64,000 nt of DNA. It comes from Blastocystis sp. Blastoise. Taxonomy: Eukaryota; Protista; Bigyra: Opalinata. This document shows positions 32,072 through 46,850 of the stretch, in pieces; the first letter of the stretch is position 1; each line of letters begins with the position of its first letter. Under the pieces are notes generated by a model, which saw nothing but the letters and a program-made list of their open reading frames with translations, was not told where the DNA came from and did not search any database. Position numbers and translations under genes: made by a program. The stretch lies in NCBI GenBank assembly GCA_039096225.1, contig JBBPEB010000014.1:1612001-1676000 (forward strand), given 5' to 3'.

Positions 32072-33670
32072 ATGAAAGCTTTTCTTATCTTATTATTTGT
32101 TGCTTTAATAAGTGCTGCTGCCACTGATTGTGCTCAAAATGTCATTAATCAAGGTGAAAGCGTAACTCTCGTTGGTGGAAATGGTGTTGGTTCTTGTACC
32201 CTTAATGGTGCTCCCGTCACTGAAGGTATTACCTTTGTTAATGAAGATGGTAATACTCAGATTACTTTTGATGTTTCTTCTGAAATTCCTTTTGATTGTA
32301 CCGTCAATGGAAAGAGCTATCAAATTCTCTCCAAGATTGTTTGTCAAGGTGAACTTGGTCTTTATGAAGCTGTTGTTGATGCTGAAGGTAAATTCCATGA
32401 ACAATGCGATGAACAAAAGATTACTGCCACTGAATCCATCTGTGTCTATGATCCTCTTACTTTAAAGGCTTACATTACTAAGAAGACTTATCCTTGTCAT
32501 GATATGGAAAAGAGACCTGTTGAAGGACATGGTTATGTTTGGGTTGAAGCTACTTTAACTTCTACTGGTGTCACTGCTTATAACGCTGCCACTATGCCTA
32601 CTTGGTTAAAGGAATTCGTTATCCATAATCTCATTCAAGAACTTTGGATTCCTATTAAAAACGCTTACATTTACAGCATTGAATATGATGAAACTACTCA
32701 AATTAATACCTTCGTCTTTGTCTTAGATTGTCCTTTCGAATATACTGCTGATCTTGCTCTTTATTTTGAAGGCCATTATTCTTCTCTTAAAATTGACGTA
32801 ATTACTTCTCTTTTCAATAAAGCCAATGTTGCTTCTCATCCTGATTATTTCACTGGAAGAGCTTTCGCTTTCGTTTCTGTCAATTCTGATGCTGTCCCTG
32901 CTCGTTGTTATGCTCTTACTGATGCTCCTGAAGATGTTGCTGTCTATAATGTTTTCGAAGGTGCTGAAGGTAACGAAGATACTACTAAACAAATCACTGT
33001 TGAACCCCTTACTTGGGCTTCTACTGTTATTTGGTATTATGCTTATAATAATGTTCCTGCTACCGGTAAGGATGGTGAAACTGATTATACTAACAATTAC
33101 CAATATCACGGTCAATTTACTCGTTATTGTAAACCTAAGTATTATGAAGCTCATTTCCTTCCTATTAATGTTCTTTCTGCTGTTCAAACTCAAGTTGTTG
33201 GTGTCAACTCATTATTCTTCAGATTCACTATGGAACAACTCGATCCTAGATCTGTTACTACTGAAGTCAGATATACTGTTGCTCGTGTTCTTTCTCAATA
33301 CATTCTTAATAGTGTAGATGGTACTACTGCTATTGAACTTTTCGATGTTAATGTTCATATGATTAAGGGTGCTAATCCTAAACCTCAAGATCCTGAATAT
33401 TATTATGATACTGTATTCTATGTTCAAATTAGAATGCGTTATGAAGATGCTTACACTGCTGAACAACTTAATAATGCTTATGCTAATATCATCAATACTC
33501 TTTCTGGTGAAGAATGTAATGCTGCTACTGAAGGTTGCCCTGTTAAATCCAGTATTGCTGATCAACTTATTCTCTTCTTCAACACTTATTATGGTCCTGA
33601 ATTTAATATTCCTGGAAAGTCTTTCAAGATTCAAATGGATACTGTTATCTCCAGAAGATTAAGAGCTTAA
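32072..33670 (+). CDS. Intronless secreted Cys-containing protein of unknown function
   Basis: ATG 32072 gives signal peptide MKAFLILLFVALISAAA; 532-aa uninterrupted ORF; no TM or GPI tail; strong codon bias. Confidence 0.85.
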   Translation: MKAFLILLFVALISAAATDCAQNVINQGESVTLVGGNGVGSCTLNGAPVTEGITFVNEDGNTQITFDVSSEIPFDCTVNGKSYQILSKIVCQGELGLYEAVVDAEGKFHEQCDEQKITATESICVYDPLTLKAYITKKTYPCHDMEKRPVEGHGYVWVEATLTSTGVTAYNAATMPTWLKEFVIHNLIQELWIPIKNAYIYSIEYDETTQINTFVFVLDCPFEYTADLALYFEGHYSSLKIDVITSLFNKANVASHPDYFTGRAFAFVSVNSDAVPARCYALTDAPEDVAVYNVFEGAEGNEDTTKQITVEPLTWASTVIWYYAYNNVPATGKDGETDYTNNYQYHGQFTRYCKPKYYEAHFLPINVLSAVQTQVVGVNSLFFRFTMEQLDPRSVTTEVRYTVARVLSQYILNSVDGTTAIELFDVNVHMIKGANPKPQDPEYYYDTVFYVQIRMRYEDAYTAEQLNNAYANIINTLSGEECNAATEGCPVKSSIADQLILFFNTYYGPEFNIPGKSFKIQMDTVISRRLRA

Positions 33671-33990
33671 ATAAAAAAATAAAGCGTAATCTCGTAAAAT
33701 ATCTTATTTTTGTAGTAAACGTTATCTTTTTATTTATATCCTTTTAAGTCTTTTTCCATTAATCGATTTTCGTCTCATTTAATATTATTTAGTATATTCT
33801 ATTGATAAATTCATTTCATTTATTATTCTTATTTATTAGTACGTTGTGCAAAATATAAGTATTTTAATTAGACGTTTTGTTGTGTATTGTTTGATTTTTT
33901 AAAATATAATTTAACTACTTAAATTTATTATAAAGAATTAAAATTTTGAATAATATATATTTTACATATCTTAAAATGATACATTTATTT

Positions 33991-35242
33991 TTATATACCT
34001 AGAAGAAGTTTGATTTTTCTTTTAGAAATATTTTCTTCATAATCGTCTTCGTTTCCTTCAACAGATTTGATTTCCTCTTCAAATTCTGTAAGTAACTTAC
34101 TAACTGGAGGACGGAATATATCTCCAATTGTTGACGACGGTTTGATACTAAACTTTCTATATATTAATGAGGGTGCCATTCGAACAACCTATATAGAAAT
34201 ATATTATATATATTTATTATTCTTATTAAAATATTAATTTGTTTTTGTAAAGAAAAGAGAAATAAAAGAAGATAATGAATATATATAATATATATAATAA
34301 ATAAATATAATAAATAAATATAATAAATAAATATAATAAATAAATATAATAAAAAATATATATATAATAAATAAATAAAATAACTATATACTGCATTAAT
34401 AATACTACGTTTAATTCGATTAAATAAACCTTTCCAACTGGTCATACTTTCTGTATATACCATAGGATCTAGAGAGACTTCTAAATTCTTAATATTCATA
34501 GTAAATCCTCTAGTATTAATGACCATATTCACATTTCCAACACGTACATGTTGAAACCAAACTGTATATATAGATTTATTCTTTGTATTTATTTCTTTTT
34601 TTATTATTTTTCCTAAAGCAATATCTCTACAATGAGGATGTACTAATATATCACATAATTTACATATATAACCAGGATTACGCAAATAAGCTATTTTTTG
34701 TTTACATACATAACATTTACCAGGTTTTGGACATAATATAAATTGATGATGACAATTCTTTATTTTTAATTCTTGTATTTTATTTAAAGATCTCTCATTT
34801 GATAATAGAGAAAATGAAGTATTTGCTATATTTGTAGTATTTTGCTCAGTTACTATTTCTGTTTTTGGAGTTGATATATTATTTTTATTCACAAATGAAG
34901 CATTTAAAATTGTAGTATCTATAGAAATATTATAGTAATGAATTATGGTATGTATTATTTATGTAATATATTTGTTTAATGAAATTCAGAATTAATAGTG
35001 ATTAATATATATATATATATATATATATATTTTATATATGTATATTTACTTTGATTATAATTCTTTGGTGATTCATTAATAGGTAAAGATATAGTAGAAG
35101 GAGGAGGAAGAAGAGGAGATAAAGGAGACGACACAGAATTATATTTTGTATTTATAATAGAATCTTTTAGAGGATTTGAAGTGGTCTTAATAAATAGAAA
35201 AATAAATAAATATAAATAAATAAATAAATAAATAAATAAATA

Positions 35243-35301
<59 letters not shown>

Positions 35302-35383
35302 ATATAATTATAAATATATACTTTTTGTTTAGAATATATATTACTTTGATTTTCTAAATTTGTTATATTAATAGAATTGAAAC

Positions 35384-35420
<37 letters not shown>

Positions 35421-35650
35421 ACTAATATTATCACTATTATCATCATCATCATTTTCTTGAATTTCTGGAACATTTACTAATGGAGACGAAAGAAGTGTAT
35501 TTAAATATTTATAGGAAGAACTTGTAGGAATCTCTGTTTGTGGTGAAAATACCGTGGGAATACCATCTTTTCTATTAATAGAATTTATAAGAGGAGAAGA
35601 AGAACTAGGTGAAGCATTCATAAAAGGACTAGAAACATTAATATCTGAGA

Positions 35651-35689
<39 letters not shown>

Positions 35690-38600
35690 TATTATTATTA
35701 CTATTATTATTATTATTATTATTATTAGGAGTAATATATATATTAGGAGTAATAATTGATTTATATAAAGAACTAAATCCTGTTTGTGTTTCATGTATAT
35801 TATTGTCTTCTTCTTCTACTTCTTCTTCTTCTTCTTCTCCTATACTATCATTCTCAGGAAAGAAATAATCTCTTAATTTACCTGCTACTGTACTACTTAA
35901 TTGAAATAATATATAATAATAAGCACCAGGATAAACATTAAACCCTACATGTTCAACTAAACTAATATTTTGACGTTTTATAGAAATAGTATTTCGTATA
36001 TTTGCAATAACTTCTAAAAAATTTGTTGTATCACTTACTTCTCGATCTAATAATTGTGCGGATAACACAATGGAGGGATCTTTCCATTTTTCATATTCTT
36101 GTTGACCAGGGTTAGGATTCTTTACTTGTATATCATTCACAGTTATTTTATTTTCTGAGGCACCTTCATAACAAAATATATGTTCACCTTTAAATTTATA
36201 TATAGATGCTATAGCAATTTCATTATTTGTATTATCTAATAATATCCATTCAAACTTCTCCATAATATAATTAATTCTTAATAATGGAATATTCATATTA
36301 TTTTCAGATTTTAAATAAAGACTTACTTTTTCTTTAATTGTTTCCATTTCTTTCTTTTGCATATACATTTGTTTACCTCTTCCTAACATACTATTTGTAT
36401 TACTAGTATTACTATGTATACTTATATTTTCATTTTCTTTCTTTTCTTTTTCAGTTTTAGATATATAATCATTATAAGTATCTGCATCAACTAATTTCTC
36501 ACTATCTATATCTTTATTATTATCATTTGTACTATTTGATGGATTTACTAATAATACAAATCGAATTACATTTAAAGCAGTATAAAACTGTTCACCTGTC
36601 ATTTTTGCTTTTATAGCTGGTATTGTAATCATTACAGAATCTACTTCTTGACTATGATTTATACTTAATAAAGATTTCTTTGTTTTAGGTATTAAACCAC
36701 TATTACTACGTGATATTATATGGAATGAAAAATCTTGAATAATACATTTAAATAAACCATAAGACTCAATACCATCTTGAGTAGTATAAATACCTTGATT
36801 TCGAATAGAATTCGTTGGTAATAACGTTAACCAATAATCAGAAGGCTCATTAATCCCACTAGCTACATATAATGATACTTCATTTAATTCTGCTTTTATT
36901 TCATTTTTTGTATTTTCTTTATAAGTATAACGTAATAATGAACAAGTAGCATTTCTTAAAAAGAATAATATAGATGAATCTGTCTCAGGTGACTTTACAT
37001 GTATCTATATAAATATGTATTTAGTTATAAATATATAATATTAATAGTATTAATAAGAGTATTTAATATAGATTTAATTTTTTTTGTAGTTAAATAAATA
37101 GAAAAAAAAACAGTATTATAATAATATAAAAAAAGTAGAATAAAGAATAAAAAAAAATATATATGAATTATTATTATTATCATTATATATACTTGTGAGT
37201 CTTGAATAACAGTATTAAAAACAAGTTCTTTATTTCCTTTTATATATGTTGAATTTTGTCCTTCTTCTTCTGTAAATGTATCAACAAATGTTAAAACACC
37301 ATCTTTATTCACATTGATACCTTTTTGTATAAGAGATAATAAATGTGTTAATAAGAAAGGTTCATTACTATTATTTTGATTATTCTGATTATTCTGTCTT
37401 AATCTCTCACGATAATATTGTTGATATCTCTCTCGTCGTTTCTTTATACTTTGTAGATCTTCACTATTATAAGGATTATAACAATAAGGAGTTGATGGCT
37501 CTGTAATAGAAAGACGTTTACTAAATAAATCTTCTCTTAATGATGGCATATGTTGTATATGATTATAATGAGAAGGAGTACCTGAAAGAGATAAACGTAA
37601 CGATTGTCTTATTGATGTAGTATCATTTCCTATAATAGAATGTGTAGGAAGATAAGGAGAAGCAGGAACAGGAGACAGAGAAGATGTATTTGAATTTGTA
37701 AATAATAATGTTCTTGAATTATTACGTTTTAAAGCGTTTGGAATACGAGGGTTTATTTGAGATCCAGTTCGATTTATCGATTGATTATAATTATATTGTA
37801 ACGGCATTGATGGACTTGTTGATGAAGAGAAAGACATAGAAGGAGATTGAATAGGAATTCTATTATTTACTAAAGATTGTGTATTAGGAAATAAATTAAA
37901 TAGAGAAGAAGGTGAAGAAGGAGAATTTGATATAGTCTCATCTTCCGATGAATAAGCTGATGAATATATATCATTAGAAGGAATAGATTGTAAATCATGT
38001 GATGTTATATCAGCGGGAATAGGATTAGAAGGAGTTTCAAGGGTATCTGCATCTGTTGGAATAGAAGGGAATTCATCCAAATATAATATCTTAAAATCAT
38101 TTATTAACTATATATAGATGTTTATATAACGAAATACTATATATAAATTATTTACATTAAATAAACAATCAAATAATATTTATTAAAAAATATATTCTAA
38201 AAGAATATAAAAAAAAGTAATAAAAATTATTTATATATATTAAATAATCATACAGCACTCATAGCATCTCTTGTATCTAATGTATAATAAAATTGTAAGC
38301 CTAGCATATATATAGTCCAATTTAATTTTTGATCATTTGCAGAGATAGACGTTGAATTCATCACGTGAATTGTGTTTGCCGTACCATTAGATCCATTATT
38401 ATTGGATACTGATGTGATATGTTTCTTACTATTATTTACATTATTATTATTCATATTATTATTATTAGTATTATTTGTTGTTGTACTTCTTGTTGTATTA
38501 TTATAGGAAGTTGTATATAAATGTGTATACATATTAATAATATCAGCATCCATAGAAAAATCCATTTTTCGACTTTTTACTAAAGCAATCTTTTTTATTT

Positions 38601-41600
38601 GAAATACTTCTAAAAAGCATGCGTCAGTTGTATTTTGAAACGGATGATAACGTACGGATCCCTCAGAATAATGAATTTTACTGGATTCAGGAAGATCAAC
38701 AAATACTATGTGAAGATTTTGTATTGTAACGGCTAATAACGGAAATTTCCAATTTGAATTTATATATATTTCTGGCTCATATCTCAAATCTAAATAATAA
38801 TATTCATATATATTATTGCATAAAGATATAATATATATTTATATATATAATAGTATAAATATAAATATATATAAATATAAATACCATAGTAATCATATTC
38901 AAAATCAAGATCTTTTAGTTCTAAATCTTGTTTTCCTTTCTTTTTATAATATAGAGGGAAATATTTCCTTACATGTATATTAAATATACAGTCTTCTAAT
39001 CTACCTTCTATTCCATTCATACTGTCATCATCTATAAACCTATATATATATATATATTTAAAACAATTATTAACGATATTAAAAATATATATAATAATAA
39101 TATATAAAATAAACTACAATAGTATTAAATAAGTTATAAAAAGTTAATTAAAAAAATGACAATAAAAAATAAAAAACAATAACAGCTAAATAAAAAACAA
39201 CCACATAATATTAACTAAATAAATACAAGAATAGTTGTGCATTTTTAATATTCCATTCGATATCAAATCGTTGAGACATTCTCATTATACCAATGGACAT
39301 ATCATTACTAGGTGCATTTAATATATTATAAAAATTCATTAACCAACTTAATAATTCACCACGAATAAAAAATAATGTTTGATATGATGTTTTTGATTGT
39401 GAATTAATTTTAATTGTCCATCGTAACTGATGTGAACGGAATGAACTGAATTTATCATAATCATCATTACTATCTCGTAATAACTCTACATAATGTTCAT
39501 AAGGGAAATCAGCTAACCATTTTAATAATATAGAACATTCTAAATAAGAAGATTCAAAAATAGGTGTATATTTCTGAATACCATTATATAGTTGAGAAAC
39601 AATAAAACTAAATACATCACAAGTAAAATGAACTTCTCCTTTTCCTGGAAAGTTCAAATTTAATCCTTCTGCACTTATAATAAAACAATCTTTAACATCA
39701 TATGCTGTTTTAACAAGATATAATACTTGAAAAGAATCATATGTTTGTATAGTAACTGGACCTTGACACATAAATCTTATTTTATCAAACCAAGGTAATT
39801 TTATACTTTTACTTACAGATTTTGATGTTAAATTACCAAATGAAGTAGAGAATTGTTGTCTCATTAAAGTAATACCAGGTCCCCAAGTAAATGTAATAGA
39901 ATCACTTTGAAGTATAAAATTCTGAAATACTTTCATACCTACAGAACATCTTAATATTTCCACGGGAATATCAGGGAAGAAATGATTTGTAAATAAAGAT
40001 GTTTGTTGAGTACAACAGAATTTATCAACTCTATTAATAGAAGTAGCAGCAAATGTACCACATAATTGTGGATTTTGCATATGTATATAAGGATAAGGAT
40101 AATCATCAAGATAAATAGCTAATTCTGTACAGAATAAAGAATGAATATGAGCTCTATATATATCATCGAATCCTGTTGTTAATGGTGTGTCACAAGAATC
40201 TAGTTCTGTTATATAACGAAGCATGTGACCTCGGTTATGAAGGAATGTATCATATAAGATGACGGAGTCGATGTCATTCATTATCATTCTAGAAGCAACA
40301 AATAAAGAATCATTCTCTGAAGGAATTGTTTTCTATATATATATTGTTTATAAAATTAATTATAATAATATAATAATAATAATATAATAAAATGTATAAT
40401 ATAATAAAATGTATAATATAATATAGTTCAATTATATTAATAATATACATCTTGTTCTAGAAATGAAATAGAGAAATGCTGACATAAGAATCTGACCCAA
40501 TATATTCCTTTTCCTTGTCTAGCCCCTCCTTTAGTAAGATCGTTCGAAGTAATTGGAGGATGAGAAGAAGAAGTAGCATATAATTGTAAATCAGGATGAG
40601 GACAAGGAATAGGCTTTGGTGGACCTATAATATATATATATATATATAATAGATAATAATAAATATAATAAATATAATAAATATAATAAATATAATAAAT
40701 ATAATAAATATAATAAATATAATAAATATAATAAATATAATAAATATAATAAATATAATAAATAATATAACAAGAAAAGCATAAAAATAAAATAAATAAT
40801 ACAAAACAAAAATATCACACGACAATTGTATACCTTTCCACATGACTTTAAATGCTTTCCATTGGATAATAATATCATCCATAATATCTCCCCATATCAT
40901 GGTACCATCTTGTGTTAATTCTATAGATAATATTTCTAATATATAAGGAGTTATATCTTCAGGAACATGTCCAGAATGTAAATAACATTCACTATCGTAA
41001 CCATTACATTGATAATGAGATATTTCATTCTTTAAACAAGAATAACAAGGTACAAAACGATGACATTTATGGCATGAATTACAAGAACAAGAAGTTTTAA
41101 ATTTATTTGGATTTTTACGTGTAGATTCTTGTGCAGGAATAGTATGGCACGTGACAGTATCTAATGCCGCTGTATATTGATGTGGCGGGAAAACATTAAT
41201 AGCAGAAATATACATCATTTCTATATATGGTTCTTTATTTTTAATTTGATAACATGTTAATGAAGAAATAGAAAATAATGGAACAACAGAAGGGTTATTA
41301 TATAAAATAGAGAAATCATTAATAATAAACTGAAGTCTTTGTTTTTCTGAAAACCCAATAAATATACTAATAGTAGGTATAGATACTATAAATTGACGAT
41401 AATCTGATGGTTTTGAAGTTTCTGTAGATAAATAGAGCAAGTTATTCGTAAATATAGAATAAGAATCGAGAGATATATTATCTGTAGGAGTACTAGAAAG
41501 CTCTTTAGGTAAAGACTGATGAGGATTAATAAGTTCTATTTCTGAGAATGATTGAGATGTTGGTATAGTAGGATAAGAAGGAGAATGTATATGAGATATA

Positions 41601-44506
41601 GAAAACGAAGTAGATTTTGAATTAATAGGAATAAAAGAAGAAAGATTATTTTTAGTATTTTTAATATTATTATTATTTTTATTATCCATATTTATAGTTT
41701 TATTTTTACTATTATTATTATCATATATATTAGTATTATTTATATTAATAGTACTACTATTACTAATGTCTGTAGGAGAGATTATAGAGGGTAAATCATG
41801 AGGTGTAGATTTACGGATCACAGAATCTTTTCGTTTCTTATTCTTACGTTCAATAAAAAATGCAGAAGTATCTTTATTATCTGTATATACATTCTTAATA
41901 TCTTTAAATAATTTAATAAAATAATATATAGTTCCCATAGTGATATCTATATAAAGAGAAGGATTTGAATTCATATTTAATCTATAACAATTGAATTCAG
42001 GTATATCTATAATAATATGTCGAAAATGATTTGAATAACTAGTATTAAATGAATTTAATTTAGATTTTCCTAATATATGACATATATGTGTATCTGCTAT
42101 TTTTTGAGGAGATATTAATAATGATAATAAGCATAATAATATATCAGGAAATTGAAGTTCTACTTGTGATAAAGATAAAATAGGACATTTATTATTATAT
42201 TCAGAAGTTAATACAATATTATCAATAAATATATTTTGCTTATAGATACATCCAGGAGTATCAGAAACAGATTGAACTTCATGTCGTTTTTCATTAAATG
42301 ATAATTCAATTGTATTCCCACCTAAACTATCGTTTCGTTGTGTTCCATGAATATCATCACGACTAAATGTACGATTTCTAGTTTTATAAGGGGGATAGGG
42401 TGAGGGATCTTCAGAACTATGAAATGATATAGAACGGTCACGAAAATGAGGAGGTTCTGAAAGATGAATTGTTGTTGGAATAGTATTCCCAGTCATTGTA
42501 GACATTGGATGTATAGAGGGGGATGTTGTAGGGGATCTTTCTGTAATACTATTTATTGTAGGAAGTATAGTTGGATGAAAAGAAGGAGATAGTTCTATTT
42601 GATTGGATAATAATGAGGGATCACTCATTATTGTTTTACCTCTAGTACTAAGAAGTGATGGATTAGAAATACTTTTTTCTTTTTGTTTTCCATTAATAGA
42701 CATAGGTGTTGAAGGTATAGATAATTGAGGAATTGTACTATTAGGATTTTGAGGATAAAGAGAAGGAGTATTAGTATTATTTGTAGATATAGAATGATAG
42801 GGTGTAGTAGGTGTATTAACAGAAGGATAAGAAATATTACGATATTGACGCATATCTGAGAAAGATAACGGTTGTGACGAGAGGTGTGTCATAGGATCTG
42901 TGTTCATAGGATCTTGTTCATTTAAATTCATAGAAAGATGTGAATAATTCGTATTAGGATTATCTGAAGATGATAATGATGATATAGATATTTGTTGTTT
43001 ATTGTCAAAAGAAGGTATTTGACTTTTATGATTGAGAGAATATGAAGTTGAAGTATTATCTGTTTGAGATATATTATTATTATTCATATTATTATTCATA
43101 TTCATATTATTTATATTATTATTATTCATATTATTACGAGGAGAAGAAGAAGGAATAGAGATTGGATTAAATTGTGTATTTCCAGAAATATCAGGTATAT
43201 TATTATGATATATATGTCGATTATTATTATCTGTTGTATTCTCTTTAATAGAATTAGTTTGATTCTGTAAGAATTTATATATATTATTAAATAGAGCTCC
43301 TTTTAAAGTATATTGAATCTTTTTAAATAATAAATTACATTCATTTTCATGTTTATCATCACATACAGTAAGTCTTATTGATTGTATCATTAATGATGTT
43401 TTTTGTAAATATAATGGATTATAATTCGTGACATAAAGAAGTGGAGTAGGTGAAGAAAGAGTATTTTTATGAAATAAAGGAATAGAAGGCATAGAGAATG
43501 TATTATAACAATTATTATTATTTATAGTATTAGTAGTATTCGAAGGTAAAGAAGAGTTAACAGTATTAGAGATATTTTTATAGGCAAGAGTATATATATC
43601 TAATAAATCTATTACTGTTTGGAGTAATGAAGGAGCTAAAGAAACATGTATATGTTTAATATCTGTATCAATAATAATCATAGAAGAATCTAAGAAATAT
43701 AAAGATAAAGCTAAACCATCTATAGATAATGTTTGAATAGGTTTATTTATAGTTGAAGATGTAGATTCAGTTTCTTTTAGTGTTTTATTATATTTAACTT
43801 GATTATCCCCGTGAATGTCTGCTTGTTTTTGTGAGTTTGAAGGAGGAGGTGTCATTGAAATAGTTCGTTTTGTTTTATTTGTATTATTCACAGTAGTATT
43901 ATATATAGAATTCTTTGATGATTGAGAAAGAGGAGGAGGAGAAGTAAGAGATATAACAGTATTTGAACGTGAATATCTATGTGTTTTTGATTTAGAAGAA
44001 AGAGGTGGAATAGTATTATTGGAGATACTCGATTGTGTTTTCTTCATATCTTTAGTTGTTGTAGATATAGTATTTGTGTTAGATATAGTATTCTCTATAG
44101 GAGAAGGAGTAGATATATGTATTCGTTCTTTATAAGGTATAGTTGGAGAATGTTTTAAAATAAATTGAGGACTAGTAATCGATAATTCATATGCTTCTGT
44201 AGAAATAACAGAAGAAGGAATAGAAAACCGCGGGAGAGAAGAGACTAATTTCGGAGTAATAGAAACTGAAAATAAATCATGTTTTAAAGAAATTAAAGGA
44301 ATATCTTTATCATCAAATATAGAGAAGGCTACATTAGAAATAGTAAGGTTAACAGTATTAGTAGCATGTTGACAAAATGAGTATCCAAGTGCTTTAATAA
44401 AACTAGAAGTACCAATAGATTTAGTTGTTTTTAAAGAAGACAGTTGAATCGTTTGACTTGGAATCGTATTTTGAGGAGATATACTAATCTTCATGCTCTT
44501 TGTAGA

Positions 44507-44558
<52 letters not shown>

Positions 44559-46850
44559 GTATTATTATTATTAGTATTTTTATTATTAGAATTCGCAGTT
44601 GACGGATTGGGTCGATATATAACAACAGATTTAATAATATTTATATAATTGAATATATTTGGAGATATATTCAGTATAATATTCTCGAGAGATAGAGAAG
44701 TAGATACGGATTTCAATTGATCCACATCTTTTGCAGCTAAGATTTCTGTTGATATCTACATATATTAAATAGATATTAAAAAATTATGAAAACTTTATAA
44801 AATAGATTTAAAAAAAATTATTAAATAGATATTAAAAAAATATTTAATAGATATTAAATAAATTATTAAAAAAAATTAAAAAATTATTAAAAAATTATCA
44901 AATAGATATTAAATAAATAATAAAGAGATATTAAATAAATATTAAATAGATATTGATGAATAAAACATAAATATATATTAATATTGTATGAATACATGTA
45001 TATCTTGTATATATATACAACAAAATCATTACACTTGAATCCTTGATTTACAGCGATTTTAGATATATGTAATGAACATTGTAATCCATAAGGAATAGCT
45101 CCCAATATCTGTTGTTGAATTCTCTATATATTTAATAAATATAATAAATAATAAAATAAATATAATATATAATAAATAAAATAAATAATAAAATAAATAT
45201 TATAAACAATAATAACCATAATAAGTATTATAAATATAAAATATAATAAATATAAAAAAAAATTAATAAACATAAATATAATAAGAACAATATTATAATA
45301 AATATTATATACATCAATTGCCATATTGCAAGTCCAAACAATATTAATATTTAAATTATTCTTTTTATTATTATCTTTACTAATAATATCGATTTCAACT
45401 TTAGATAAATCAATACGAATTGAGCAAGGTAACAATAATAATAAGTTTTTAAATGTTTGTACAGCTGTATTTGCTTGTAATTGAAGTACTTGTGCTGATT
45501 GTTCATCAGAATGAAGTAAATACATTTCTAAGAGAGAAAGAGAAGAAGAAGAAGATATAGTAGGAATAGAAGATAAAGGAGATGAAGGGAGAGGAGGGGA
45601 TTTCTTAGTAGAAGAAGATCTATATATATATAATGAGAAGAGGAGAAATAATTTAAAAAAGAAACAAAATATAATATATGAAATACTTTTATAATGATTC
45701 TATTATTAACAATATATATAATAAAAATATGATAATGAATATAACAATAAACATATGAATTAATAAAAAAAAAACATACTTTTTTTGAAATGATTTTTGA
45801 ATGACATAAATTTGTCTGAATAATCCCTTATTAAGTCTGAAATGTATATAATCACCAATATTAACAGAAAATAATCGCATTTGAGCTTTTCTTCCTGTGA
45901 TAATAGAAAATAATGAAATACGGAAATTACATATGAAAACGTCTGGATTCTTTTCAGCCATCTGATCTGCTTCATAAGAAGATAAAATAATAGTTTGAAT
46001 ATCAATATTAAAAGCTAAATTAGGTTCAGGCATATATTGTAGATTTGAAGATTCTTTTATTTCATTTAAAGTTAATGTAAATCGAACTGGAACAAGTGTA
46101 TCTCCAAGAGTAATAATACCTTGAGTAATGCGAATAGAGAAAAACCGAGTTATGGGCAAAAATGAACCTATTATTGAATTAACTATATATAATAGTATTT
46201 AAAAAAAATTTCTATAAATAATAATATAATTATTATTATTATATAATAATATATATAATAATAATAATTCCTCATTAAAAATATATACTTTTTGTTAAAA
46301 CAGATGCTGTTTTTTTATTCAATAAATCAGGAGAATCTAAAGAAACATCTGGAGATGATTGATCTATAGTCTGCTGAGATGATGAAGAAGATTGTGAGTC
46401 ATGTGATGATGATTCACTATTAGGATCTAATACAATTCCACATTGTACATTTTTTATTTCAAGAAGTAAACTAGACATAGAATGCATAGAGAATATCGAA
46501 TCAAGGAAATTTGTTCTTAGACTAACTCGTTCAATGGACACCGTAATTGTAAATTTCTTTAAATGTACAATAGCTTGGACGCTATTTATTTCGATAAGAC
46601 TTAAAGGCTTCGCGAGGAAATATATATCTTTAATTTTAAATTTGATTTTAGCAAATTTTGAGACTAAAAAGGTAGCAATCCATGCATACACATAAGGAAA
46701 GATATATGTATTTAAAATAAGAAACACAGATATATATCTAGACAGATACAAATCTTTATAGATAAAAAAACACCATAAAGGTAACAATACATATGTTATG
46801 GCGTAGTTACCATACGTAGATACTTTATCTTTTAAGCTTCCTTGTTGCAT
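33991..46850 (-). CDS. Bridge-like lipid transfer protein of the BLTP2/KIAA0100/FMP27/Hobbit family with an inserted C1 domain, 13 introns
   Basis: N-terminal hydrophobic anchor. LPWFDKIRFMCQG (GFWDK-type motif), DKFSSFRS, EQFYTALNVIRFVLL, VEHVGFNVYP...LRDYFFP and SWKGLFNRIKR resemble conserved FMP27/Apt1 segments. All 13 GT-AG introns splice in frame. Confidence 0.78.

Noticed and set aside
32105-33662. Long antisense and shifted ORFs over the secreted protein (also over aldolase and the surface protein)
   Set aside because: Expected shadows of strong codon bias; no recognisable motifs.
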